A stretch of DNA of 59,548 nucleotides, filler included, from Catajapyx aquilonaris (Eukaryota): NCBI GenBank assembly GCA_000934665.2. It is 3 parts of 3 records of this genome, joined end to end, with 100 filler letters (N's around TTAATTAATTAA, not from the genome) between each part and the next. Parts side by side here need not be neighbours in the genome. Positions count along the whole stretch, not along the records: positions 19,882 to 39,805 come from JYFJ02006425.1; positions 39,906 to 59,548 come from JYFJ02006426.1; 1 more part is not named here. One strand, given 5' to 3'. Below are positions 36,001 through 48,600 of this stretch, piece after piece. A program made the translations under genes and the position numbers. Position 1 is the first letter of the stretch; every line of letters starts with the position of its first letter. A model generated the notes under the pieces. It was not told the origin of the DNA. It worked only from the letters and a program-made list of their open reading frames with translations, and did not search any database.

Positions 36001-39000
36001 GCTAACAATGGACACGCTAAGGACTTGAGAATATAAGGGGGGGAGAGGAGCAAATGCACACACGAGCAAGGAGTGGCTTTTTTTGGAAAAAAAAAGGTCT
36101 CAAAAAGGCTATTGTGACAGAAATGGTGCGAACTCCCTTGATACCAAGGAGGATCTCTTCAGGATAACCCGATCTGCTAACTTCAAAACTATAAGGGTGA
36201 AAGTCGTGTGCATGCCCTGCACTGGGCTAAGGGGGATTAGTGCAGAGCATGCACGCGAATTTCACCCTTACTGGTTTTTGATTCTTGGGATGGCCCAAAA
36301 ATTCAGTTTCTAGTAATCAGGGTTCATTGTTGTCGTCTCCTTTTCATGGCTAATAGGTTGTATACCGTAATCGGATCTCTCGATTTGTTCGTCACAACAA
36401 ACCACAATAGTAGGTTCTATGCAGCACCACCCTCCCCTTTTCGTTGCAGGATCCCAGTTCTTGGCAACAACAAACCGAAACGTCTGTTTTAATTAAGAAA
36501 TTACAATGCCTAGGCCTCTTGCGTTCAACGAATCTGCCGCGATGGTGAATTCCCCTCTCCGTTATTGTTCACCATTCACACACGTTTTGTTCGCGACTCT
36601 GAGATAGGCTCGGTATCTGGTGAATCAGAGGCAACAACATCTGTGCCAAAGTTCCCTTCAGGCGACAAAAAGAAAGGTGGCACAATGGCGCAAGCAGCAC
36701 CCAGGACTTTGGCAGGATCCAATCAGGTTCCTTCTCTACCTTCCGCGCAAAATTTTGTGACAATGACGTACTGTACCTGCTGCAAAACCTACCTGAATGC
36801 AAATCTATCAATTGGAAACAATAGGATGATGTGTTCAGCGACCTATCTTTAGCTTTTCAGCTTTTATCTGGTGGGGCCCAAGGGAAACGCTATTGTATAA
36901 GGATAATAAAATCATTGATACCCTGAGAGAAGAGGTCCCGCGGGTGCTTGGGTGAAGAAAAGGGCAGCTCTCAGAGTGTGCGCATTATACACTGCCTCAG
37001 ATCTAAAAGCAACATGATTTTTAGACCTTCATAATATGCACCTTGATGGCATATGAACATAACGAGAATAATTTATTGAACCATGGAATAGGAACATTCC
37101 AAAATGACTTGGCACTTATGAACTTGTTGCTCTGAGCCTCGCTGTACGACAAACGGAGAATTGCAGACGCACCAAACTCGGGTGGTAGGTGCGCTTGGCG
37201 AATCCAGGACGATACAAGGTGTCACAAATCCGATAAGAGTAACGAGTGACGAATGGGACCGGTGTATTTGACCCCCCACCCTCTTGGGCACCACTTTGGA
37301 CTTCGCCTGTTTTCAGATTCCATGGCCAGTTCGGTATCATACCAATTCGCCCGCATAATATTTTTAATGTACAGGGTGAGTCATACTGTCATATGTAGAC
37401 GACGGATGTGCTACAGGTACACGAGTGTGCCGTACAATTCAGTAGGTACTTTTTAGGATTAGGACCCCCCTTTTTTTACTGGCACGTGCCCCTTTTATCA
37501 GCTAGGGTTGTAAGCTCCATTTGGGGGAGGGACAAGCTGATCTCGCACACTTCGTGTCCTCCCCTATTATATGAGTGGGTCAAAATGAAATCAAGTGTGA
37601 GTTGGAAAGGGCGTGATCTGGTGATGACACCCGGAACAATCAGCGTAAATTCTTTGATGTCAACTTTTGTTGTGTTCTTCCAGCAAATAGTCAGCTCGAT
37701 TTAAAATTACAATACACACACATTGCCCCTATATAGCAGTTAGCCAGCACAAAATAGCCTCTCGCCCGCCAATTGAGAAACCGTGAGCTCAACAATAGTC
37801 CATCGATAACTGACTTTCAACGCTCATGGAGCCGTTGACATGACGATTAATGAAGCGCCCCCCCCCCCACTAAAAAGTCAACTAATTGATGCTTATGCAT
37901 GAATGTCGATGAAAAATTCTGTAATATTGCAATAGACTCACATTTTTTTTTGTTGTACAGTACGTGTCTATAGATGGGGGTCTTTTGCCTGGCGTCTTGA
38001 AAGGAATTCCGTTCCCGTTTCCACCTCCTTGAGTCCCGTGGCCAACCCCCTTGCTTTTCATTTATCTAGCGCTGGGTGGTCCGATGTTTGCACAACAGGA
38101 AGTTTTGTTGCCTGGGTTTATAATAGGAGAAGGAGAGGGTGGGATGAATAAGTTGACGCAGTAGAAAAATTTCCCCAGACACACCAACGTATTCAAAGGC
38201 CCTCCCATGAGATAATACGGACCTTATAATATTAATATCAATGTCGTACTTAGAGCAGCAGCAGCACATTGTCCCATAGAACCCACCCTCTTATGTATAG
38301 CAAGCGAAAAGCGGGTAGAATACAGGCCCCCCCTCCCCCTAAACTAAATTGCTTCTTTGCATGTTCCCAGCAATGTGAATATCAAACGTGGATTGGGTTG
38401 CCCATTGTTGTGTAGCGGAGTAATGGTGTTTCTTTTCAGCAGAAGGGGAGATGCAGATCTTTTATTCCTCATAATAGAATCTATATCGTGTCATTTTTAT
38501 CCCTCCCCTTTTCAATGGAGCCTTGCTGCCTGGAAAAGGAGAAATACTCGACTGTTAATTCTGGCCTTGATTAATACCCGCCCATTGATACAGCCAGCTC
38601 GTGGTCGGAGTCTGAGAATCAATGGTAGGTAGGTAGTTCTCTATCGGAAAAAGGGAAAGAGGGGGGGGGGGGGNGGTGGCTGGTGCTGAGCCCTGGCTTT
38701 CAATGCGCCTGTCATAGGTAAACCCCAGTGAGCCAGGATAAGACCGAAGTGGCGTCACGGAAGGTGTAGGGCTTTATTGGAGCGTGAATGTCCAGCGGCG
38801 CCGGCGCTACTGCTAAAGAGCCGAAAGAGCCGCGCGCGCTTGCTTTTCTAATGAAAAGTGCTCTTCGATTACGCATTGATTCCGGGGTGGCTTCTTTTGA
38901 GGCCTGGAGCTGTCCGGAGAAAGGAGGATTTGACGGTGGTTACGGATCCGTTCCAGTGCCCATGTGATGACCGCGCCCAATTTTGATTCGGGGTAGGCCG

Positions 39001-39384
39001 CCAAAGGAACCGGCTTTAGACTTGGCCTCTTGTCTCTCAAGGCTGCATTTACATGAGTCTATAGGGCTGGTTGTCGCTCGTCTGGAACATGGTTACTTCT
39101 AAAGGCAAACTGATTCGTTATGCGGTTCTGGGCGGCCTGTTTGGAGCGATTGTGTGGTGGGTTGCCTGATATACGGGGGCGGTAGAGCTGGCTGGAGCTG
39201 GATGATGAGGCAATACGATATTTAACTAATAGTTCCCTAATTTAAACCTAGTTGTTACATTTTAGTCATTTCATCTTACCGACTTGGACGTTAAATACAC
39301 AGTACTGACCTGTAGACGGTATTTTTGTTGATCACAAAGTATATACAAGGTAGCATCTCCAAGTCGGTACAGTGCACCCAGATG

Positions 39385-39607
39385 TAGGGCTGTGCGATAT
39401 CCGAAATTACATATCGACTTTCGATACTTAGAAATATCGAATCGAAGTCTATATATCGAAAATCGAAAACCGACATCGAAAACCGACATCAAACCGACAT
39501 CGAACCGACATTGAACCGACATCGAACCGCCATCGAAAAATCGCGATATTCGATATTAAGAAAATATCGTATCGACAGTCGATGTATCGAAATATCGCAC
39601 AGCCCTA
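39385..39607. mobile_element. hAT-type MITE (223 bp)
   Basis: 16-bp TIR TAGGGCTGTGCGATAT, perfect 8-bp TSD cccagatg (39377-39384 and 39608-39615), ATCGA-rich interior. Confidence 0.9.
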
Positions 39608-39805
39608 CCCAGATGTAAGTAATGACTTCCTGGTGCGGTAACAGCAGGCTAATAACATTGGACAAAATAAAAATGTTATCCTGATAGGACCGATTGATTT
39701 TTTAGCACACAAGGTAGTGTATCCAGTATGTGAGTATGTGAGACGATTGGCTTCCGGGGATAAATGCGAGTGGGCACTAGTGTCACTTTACCCAAACAAA
39801 TGCCG

Positions 39806-39905
39806 NNNNNNNNNNNNNNNNNNNNNNNNNNNNNNNNNNNNNNNNNNNNTTAATTAATTAANNNNNNNNNNNNNNNNNNNNNNNNNNNNNNNNNNNNNNN
39901 NNNNN
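39806..39905. other. Artificial contig linker
   Basis: 44 N + TTAATTAATTAA + 44 N, identical to 19782-19881. Confidence 0.97.
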
Positions 39906-41381
39906 GGAAACTTTGGTTTTTTGTCAATTTCGAGACATTCGGCCCTGGTTTTCGCTCTGTGGCACTTGTAGTAGTGACCGACATATATGTCACTGGAATC
40001 CTCCTTTCGTGGCTAACGACATGATAATCATAATAGTTATGTCCCATTACGCTCATCCAAAGATCAACGGCGAGGCGATTTTTTGAAAATGGGATTGAGA
40101 GGCGCTTCGAATTGGCATTGTAAGCCATGCGTGTGGTTCCCCTCTCAGGTAAATTTCAAATATTATGGTTCCAATAATTATAATGCTCACATTGTTGTCT
40201 TAGCTGCAAGAAAACATTGCAAGGCATTTTACTTCGGCGAATGCCTGGGTTTTCCCCCCGAATGAGAGTAAACATAAATATACTTTGTGAATCCTTCGCG
40301 GCTGTTGTGCAGGCTAAACTATATCCATATGTGTCGACCGGCACAGTGAGGAAAATGGCTAGCTCTACCCCCTCCCCCCAGTGTTGCGCAATACGGCTGA
40401 AATTTGATATTTCGCATTAGGTCCTAGGCGTGTACAACTATGATTCTTTTTTCAGCCAAATCGGAGATTTTCGAGCAACACTTTGACTAAGTTGAGCTGG
40501 AATGACCCATATTTAATTTTTAAATAGTGTCATCAACGTTAATAATCGGCCCCAAGTTGGTGTAATTGACAGACGAAGATTGTCTTTACAACATATTGAA
40601 ATTTGAAAATTCTGTATGAGTGGTGCAGTGGCACAATTTACGGCGAAGGGCATGAAAAAATTGCATGGTTTTACTTGTCCTCAAGATTCCCCGCTCAAAG
40701 TCTACGATGCAAATGCACTACATAAGACGGACCTTGAATGGAGCTTTCATTTTGTACCTATGCTTCACAATCAGGGGGGAAAGTGAGCTGGTATTGCCAA
40801 TTTGAATTGCCGCCTCCAATTTTTCCAGCTCCCCCCCCCCCTCCCCAGCTCTGTTGGAACGGCAAGCGGGCCCAGGGAAGGGGCCAGGAGATTAGCAGCA
40901 GGGTAGTACTAAGGGAGAGTGAGGTGGACGGACGGTGGGGGTGGAGGTGGGGGGCAGTCGGCGCTGCGCTGCCACATCGTCTCTTTCTTCCGGCCAGTCC
41001 TTTTTGCTCATGGAGGGGGTCTTTTTTGTCCCCAGATTTGGCGAAACCAGGACTGCCACACTTGTGCCCTTTTACAGACTTTTGGTAAAACGGCGTAGAA
41101 AGAAGCTGGAGGAGTCAAATCTCACAAGTACCGACATGGAAAGTAGTGATGGCGGGCGGAAGTTCAAATCTATACCTGGGCGCGGCTGCCGCAAATATCG
41201 CCACAGGAGAAAAATAAACACAACACATGCAAATTCAACTCTTTCCCGACCAGATACTCGAGTGTCATGCCGATACCTCCATATTTGTGCCCGTCACAGC
41301 GAGAGGAAGAGGAGTCAAACTGGCGGGACGGACCTCGACCTGCTCCCAACTCGCTGGGAGGGGAAGGGTAGAGCGCGCTCT

Positions 41382-41477
41382 TAACATGTAATAGTTATAT
41401 GTAATAGTTAACATGTGTAATAGTTAACATATGTAATAGTTAACATATGTAATAGTTAACATATGTAATAGTTATAA
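41382..41477. repeat. 16-bp minisatellite (TAACATATGTAATAGT)n
   Basis: About six imperfect tandem copies. Confidence 0.85.
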
Positions 41478-41518
41478 CAATGGCTATGGCCATAAATTAT
41501 TGGTACGATACAATAATA

Positions 41519-41725
41519 CAGGGTGGTCCAAGTTCAAGTGTCGTTTTATAACGGCGATTAATAGCAGTGATTTTGCGATGACGTAGCAGCGACGCGTAAA
41601 ATGTCCCACTTCGGCGCATCTTCGGCGCAATCGACGTGGGCAATTTTACACGTCGCTGCTACGTTATCGTTAAGCGCTTCTATTAATCGCCGTTATAAAA
41701 CGACACTTGAACTTGGACCACCCTG
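41519..41725. mobile_element. 207-bp hairpin MITE of Tc1/mariner type
   Basis: TA|CAGGGTGGTCCAAGTTCAAGTGTCGTTTTATAACGGCGATTAATAG... with a near-perfect inverted right arm and TA TSD. Confidence 0.9.
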
Positions 41726-42814
41726 TATAGTTTAATAGTTACAACAATAAAATAGTTACAATATACTGTAGATGCCTGCACAATCGAAAGGTGAACTTGA
41801 TTGGCCTGAACATTGACAACCACAGTTGCCAGGAGGATATAGTGTCAATACACACCTATCCTTCAGCGGATCGACGCCTATCCTTCAGCGGATACACGCT
41901 TATCCTTCAGCAGATGCACGCCTACGAGAGTAGGTAAAAGTGATGGGTCTCCCGTTACGAAAGCGTAGCCGTCCGTTTGACATACCCAATCCCTATTAAA
42001 TTCTGCCAAGTGAACAAAGGTACAAAGAAGAAAAAAAATCCAATCTCCTAGATATTGCTTCTGAAGATCGTCCTTTGAAGCTTCAGAAAAAAAAGAACTT
42101 GTCTGTTATTAACACCCTGAATGTCATCTTAGCACGGTTCAGACGCATCTTCTATAATGACCTTTTTCTGGGACAGACTTTGAAGCCTCGCTTTCTCGTG
42201 AGCATATAATAGGCAATGAAGAAGTTTCCTGTAGCCGTTCGAGGCAACCTGATCGTCCACTCTGTCTGATGAAGTACTATCCTCCTCCCTATCCTTCCAC
42301 CCAGTTTTCGTTTGCGGTTGTCCTAATTGAGCAAAGATCTTTTACCAAGAACTAGAACCAGAAAAATGTATAAGAAGCTCAAATATTACTGTACCAACAA
42401 TCCGCACAACTGGTCTGAAAAGCAGGCAATTTGAATGCATAACAATATTTTCGAGCAGGGTTGGAAATACATTTTTAGCCCCCCCAGAAGTGCAAATCCT
42501 CCAATAGCGAGTTTGATCAGGTGCTTCATTCCGGGAGAGCCCGGGCAAGGAATATCATTTGGTTGATGTCGGCTCCCATTTTGCTGGCGGGCGTTTTCCC
42601 TGGGCTGATAGTAAGCCTTGAAGAGGAGAGAAAACGATAGACTCGACTTGCCAAGTCACGTAGAGCGGGGATTCTTGGGCGGGGGGGGGGGGGGGNTGCC
42701 TTTGACTGCATCCAGCCACAGGCTTGTGTACTCGGAGAAGGTGATGGAAGATGGTCGATATATGGCATGTAGGCTACTGTAGTTTGTCGACGGAGAAAAG
42801 ATTTGTGTCCATTT

Positions 42815-43740
42815 AGGAGGTCAAAGGTCAAAAAGTGCCCATTTGGTAAGGTTAGGTTAGAGTAGGTTACGTTAGGATGTTTATGCCCAATTTTTCAAAG
42901 ATCAAAGGTCAAAAAGTGTCAATTAGGTAAGATTAGGTACCAGTAGTACGAGTAGGCACGGGTAGGTAGGGCGTTAGGTAAGGTTAAGTAGGCTCAGGTT
43001 AGGATTTTAAACCCAATTTTTCAATGGTCAAAGGTAAAAAAAAGTGTCCATTGGGTCTCGGACTTTTCGCCCCCGCCGCTTCGTCCCCGGATTTTTAGCC
43101 CCCGGCATATTGGTCCCCGTGACATATTCGTAGTGGTGGGCAAAGCCACAATAACGTTCGTAACGTTCTATATTTTATTGGCTTAGGTTAGGATGTTTAA
43201 ACCTAATTTTTCAAGGGTCAAAGGTAAAAATGTGTCCGTTAGGTAAGGTTAGGTACGGTTAGGTAGGGTTAGGTTATGATATGATAGGTAGGTTTATTTT
43301 ATGGTAGAGTAGGTTGAGTTAGGATGTTTGCACCAAAATTTTTAAGGGTCAAAGGTCAAAAAATGTCCATTGGGTAAGGTTAGGTACCCGTACTATTCGG
43401 TAGGAATAAGGTTAGGAACGTTCGGTTAGGTAGGGCGTTAGGAAAGGTTAGGTAGGGCGTTAGGTAAGGTTAGGTAAGCTTATGTAAAGTTTTGTTAGGA
43501 TGTTTATAGCCACTTCTCAAAGGTCAAAGGTCAAAGGGGTCCATTAGGTTAGGGTAGGTACCGGTACTGTTCCGTAGGAATAGGTTAGGTTAGGTACGGT
43601 TATGCAGGGCGTTACGTAAGCTCATGTAAGGTTAGGTTAGGATATTTATGCCCATTTCGCAAAGGTCAAAGGTCAAAAGTGCCCACTAAGGTTAGTTACG
43701 GTTAGGATTTGGTTAGATTATGGTACGTTAGGTATGCCCA
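42815..43740. repeat. Complex repeat: conserved ~45-bp blocks separated by degenerate (GGTTA)n
   Basis: Seven blocks of taggat..ccaatttt..aggtcaaaggtcaaaaagtgtccattaggtaagg. The insert at ~43058-43122 is the reverse complement of ~21550-21613. Confidence 0.75.
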
Positions 43741-44869
43741 ATTTTTGTACCAACTAATTATTTATTTTAAATGCAGAAATTAGACCTAGCAAGTGGGGTC
43801 AAAAACGTGACCTCATGTCTCCTGCATAGCCTCACAAATCGTTGAGACCTGCCCACATTCTGCGGGCATTCATCCAACTTTCCTGCCTGCTGGTCATGTA
43901 ATAGGGATTTAGTCTGCTTAGTTTGAAGCGGTGGAAAAGCGAGTAGAAAATATGGGTTACACTGCTTGTAACATTACAACCAGCCATTTTAAAAAAAACG
44001 CCCGGTCTGATTTTTGCTCCGGAGTAGCGACTGTCACTTCTAATCACCAGAAATGGAAATGAGACAATTACACTGGTGTACTATAGAATCGACCATGATT
44101 TTTTTTCCGTCGCACCTAATTATTATGGACTTGTCCTATCATGCGATGTCGCTTTTGTATACAGCCTATAGGCTTAGTTAAACACAAGCCTACATAGGGG
44201 GGTGGGGCTTGCAAAAAAAAACATATAGGCTAGGATTATGGGTCAGCAGTTTAATGGGGGAATCTATTTGGGCGTTGCTAGTGTAAGCAAGGAGCCCTGG
44301 TCGTAATCCGGGTTTACATGGTTTTGATGACGGGTTCAAACTATGTTGTTGATCTTGAAACGATCGGAAGGGGGAGCAGCCCCCAGTCAACGAACTACTT
44401 TGTTGCCACGTCAGCACCACCTGTTTTTTAAAAAGTTGAAACGATCAATCCATATTTTCCACGCATTTATCACATCGATATGAACTTGTACCAAGTACAT
44501 GTAGCTGCTCGTTTATATAAATTAATACTAGCAGCGGACCCGTTGCCAAATTTTGGCATCACTGCTTGGCCCACCCCCCAACTTAGACGTAGTATGATTG
44601 GCCACTTCCAGTTGGCACATAGACTCTCTCTCTGCACACTCCTGCCAATCTCAGGGAGAAAGTAGTATTTCATGCACGTTGGTGATGAGTTACTGCGTGG
44701 ACAAAGTCCACCAGGGGGCTATACTACTTGTATAATAATAACATAGTTTACATAAATTGATATGACTAAAGTCATATCAATTATGTATGTTATTAAGTAT
44801 AAATTACGTTTATACGTACGATACGTGCGGTTTTTGTTTTACAAAACCTTTGATTTTGACTGTAGTGTC

Positions 44870-45620
44870 CCCTTAAAGTATAGCTGATATTGCAAAGTAG
44901 ACCAATGAGTTAGAAATATATAGGCTTTTCCGGCCGTGCTAGAGTAAAATCTATTTCAAGTAGCTGCTATTGCAAAGTAGCGGTGACTTGAAAAGAGCGG
45001 GCACTAATAGCAGGGCCGAAAAAAGCCGTATATTTCCAATATATTTAGATATATGGAGCTATATAGCTATCACAAAGTAGTCTGATGATTTGATATCAGA
45101 CCCTATAGTAGCTGCTTTTGTAAAGTAGCCGTGACTTGAAAATAGTTGCAACTTCTAGCCGGACCGAAGAAAGTCGGTATTTCCAATTCATTTTTGCTCC
45201 ATGTACTGTAACTACATATAACTACTTGCGCAAAGTAGCCTTTTTGAAATAAGTAATAAAGACTTTTCGGCCATGCTTAAAGTAACAGCTGCTAAATAGT
45301 AGCTATTGTAAAGTAGCAGTGATTTAAAATAACGATTATTTCTAGCCGGGCCGAAAAATCCTGTTTTGCTCTGATCGTTGCTTTGTATAGCTGGATAGCC
45401 GCTATGGCAAAGTAGCATGATGATTTTGATATAAATAAGAAATAACGGCTTTTCGATCCCGTTAGGAGTAACAACTATTAAAGTAGTTGCTAATGAAAAG
45501 TAGTACCCACTTTAAAAATAGCGGTTACTTCTAGCAGTGCTGATAAGTAGTTATTTCCCCATTTCAAAGTAGCTGTTATTTGAAAACAGCTGTTATTTCT
45601 GACAGGGCCGAAAAAAGCAG
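44870..45620. repeat. Degenerate satellite-like array rich in AAAGTAGC and GGGCCGAAAA motifs
   Basis: Repeated aaagtag(c), tagctgct and ctagc.gggccgaaaaa motifs at irregular spacing. Confidence 0.6.
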
Positions 45621-48600
45621 TTTTCGCCCAATTTGTTTCAAAATCATCGGGGTTTTAACCACATCTGGATCGAATTGAGGGGACAGGAACACAAGGAATG
45701 TCCTCCTCTAGGCCACAGTATCCTCCCCAAACTTGAAACCTCCGGGATTTGGAAACGGTTAATCCGGCTCTCCGTGAAAACGACCAATCGTTATTTGCTC
45801 GTCGCAGATGGCATGGATTTCTAGCTTGGAATGCATCCAACTCGCCAGACTTTTGGGGTTCTGGAAAAAAAATTGGGTGGAAAAGAATTGATGGGAAAGA
45901 ATTCTTTTGCTTTTCAAAAAATATATATATAGCAGGATGTGTCACAAGGTTCAGTCGAAATCTTTTTCTGTACTGCTAGTTGGAGCATATCCCTCAGGTG
46001 GATTTTGTACTGTACATTCAATTACATTTTTCTGATATTGGGACAGCGTTGGGAGCCTGAACTGACATACTGTGTGAGGATGGATCCAGGCTTGGTTATG
46101 AATTATGTGGATGAATTTGAAAGCAGTTTTGTGGAAGGACGTTGCACTGTATCTGATGGGATATGGTTCAGAGCTGATCTAAAAATCCGGACCTAATTAT
46201 ATACTGTACAAGATTGGCAGGCTTATGTGTTCGTGGTTTCAACGATAAGCTTGTGTACCTTTGGCATCACACATGGTGTTCTAATAATACTGATCAAACA
46301 TATTTTTGTACAATATTAGTCACATAACCACAATAATGTCATGTATGGCGTCATCTGAAATTCCTTTGATCTTACTTTTCGTTTGTGCACTGTACACCCT
46401 TTGTAGACTTCAAAGGAGTTGTTAGATCAGAAGCCATACTGTATATCTCCTAAGAAAACCAACTTGCATATCCTATATTTGGGCCCGACCTTCGTTTTTG
46501 AGGATATACTATGCAAAGGGCGCCCTCTAAAGTCCTCCAGACGCGGCACCATAAAATGCCTGGCCGGATTTTGCGGTCTAGTCGGAGGCGTCTTTTGTCC
46601 TCTCCCTTGAGAACAAAAGTAGGACCCCCCCTCCTCCCAACTGTAGGGACGACGTCGTCATCTGCAGACGACAGCAGAAGAGAAGGAGGAGGCTTGGGAC
46701 CCGTTGAGCTGACAAAGACTTGGAAGGTTCCAGAGGAGCTTAATTAGGCACACTCTGCAGTTCTTTTTCAGTGCAGGTCACTGTACATTTCACATGTAAG
46801 TCACCGTTACTCTTTTGATCATGCTGCCAGCAAGTGGATTTATCATGAATAATATCTATTAACATTGTGGCGATCTGAAGATCCGGGAGATCAAACGTCA
46901 CAATTGGCGCCCAGGGGGCCCACGTTGGGCGCCAATTGTGACGTTTGACCTCCAGGATCTTCAGCTGGGCGCCATGTTTGAACCACTCAGGTCATCCATC
47001 TGATCTTGAGTGACCTTGGGGATGACCTGATGAGGTCAAACCTCACATTTTTCCAGCATTGTTGTTACTTCAACTATATGAAAAAATTTAATTCACTTTC
47101 ATGATGCTGCGCTTCCAAAGTAATGGAAGTTTACATTTTACACCGAGCCCTGTCATAACATCGTATCGCAATTACTGTCTCCTATACTAATCCTGTTTTT
47201 GTTCCGTTTTTGCTGATTAAACTTAGCACCCCTGTTCAGTTTACCATACTTTGTGAGCTTAAAAAATTTGCTACACATATTTTTCATGTAAAAGTACAGA
47301 CCATGCAGTTTTTAATACCCTAACAATGATTTTTGAAATCATTTTGACGACTGTAGCGAGAAGAATATTTTTGCAAGCGGCGTTGCAAAATTGTTTTTGG
47401 CACACCTGAACTCTGACCTGTCATTCTGACACTGCAAATATGTACACGTAAGTCTCTGTGTTAAAATGAAGACCGTAGCTGGGCACACAGCGGTCGGGTT
47501 GTATCGCCCTGATGTTAAACCGCAGCTAAGTTGCGGCAGGCCTATATTGTTGCCCCCCATCTCACCCACTAGTTTGTGTTAGCCATATACTGTACGTACA
47601 GGGGGAAATGCTAGCTCTCTCTAAATTGAACATGCGTGTCGAGCCCTTGTTTCCCCATGGATACCAGACATGAAAGAAGAATAAGAAGAGTCACCGGTGG
47701 CCCTTGTTTCTATCCCACGGGCTGTGACAACAGGAGCAAATGAAGGGATTAGTCCGGGGCATTGTTGTGTAAGCAATGGAGATGTTTGTACGAACATGGG
47801 GACGTGCGTCGGAATGATTTGCGATCTTATGGGGGGGATTAGAGGCGCGGTTTTGTGTACGAAGGTTATCAGTCAGAGGTCAGAGTCCTATGGTGCTGGA
47901 GGGGATCATGTGAGAGGAAGGTTCACGTGGAACAGAATTTGGATGGACAATTTGTTTTGATGTATGTTGGCCCAACATGTGCATTTTAAATATATTTATC
48001 CATTTCATTAATTAATTCATTCATTCATTGCTCATTTATTTATTTATTTACATATTTACGTATTTATTTGCGTATTTGCGTATTTATTTATCTATATGCG
48101 TAGTTATTTATTTATTTACGTATGTGAATATTTACGCGTTTACGTATTTATTTGCGTATTTGCGTATTTATTTATTTAGGTAGTTATTTACATATTTATT
48201 TACGCATGTGCGTGTTTATTTACATATTTATTTCTCAGTACAGTAATTCATCTTTATTTCACAGTATCGTAATTCAATTTAATTTCACGTACAGTATTTC
48301 TTATTATTTTATTTTATTTGGGCTATTTATTTTTATGTAATTTTACATTAATGTATACATATATTTTATTTCGTTAAATAAATGTATTTATTTTGCTTTT
48401 TGTATTTCATGTACTTATTTAATGCAGTTTTGTTGATACTTTTATATTATTTTATATTATTTACTTATTTATTTTCATTTGGTTTATTTATTTATGTCAG
48501 TTATTGTGTCACATCCTTTTTTGATAATTAAAGGCAGAGGGAAAATAAAGCAACATTTTCCGTGTAACCAAAAAAAATCTGCTTGTTTTGTTCCAGGTTT

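Noticed and set aside
36565..36852. Exon-like hydrophilic ORF (SEIGSVSGESE...KKKGG)
   Set aside because: No convincing acceptor/donor pair or recognisable homology.
42815..43740. CRISPR-like repeat-spacer pattern (also 59170-59350)
   Set aside because: Eukaryotic context, degenerate repeats, low-complexity or absent spacers, no cas genes.
47026..47045. CTGATGAG hammerhead ribozyme core
   Set aside because: No following stem II with GAAA or compatible stems I and III.
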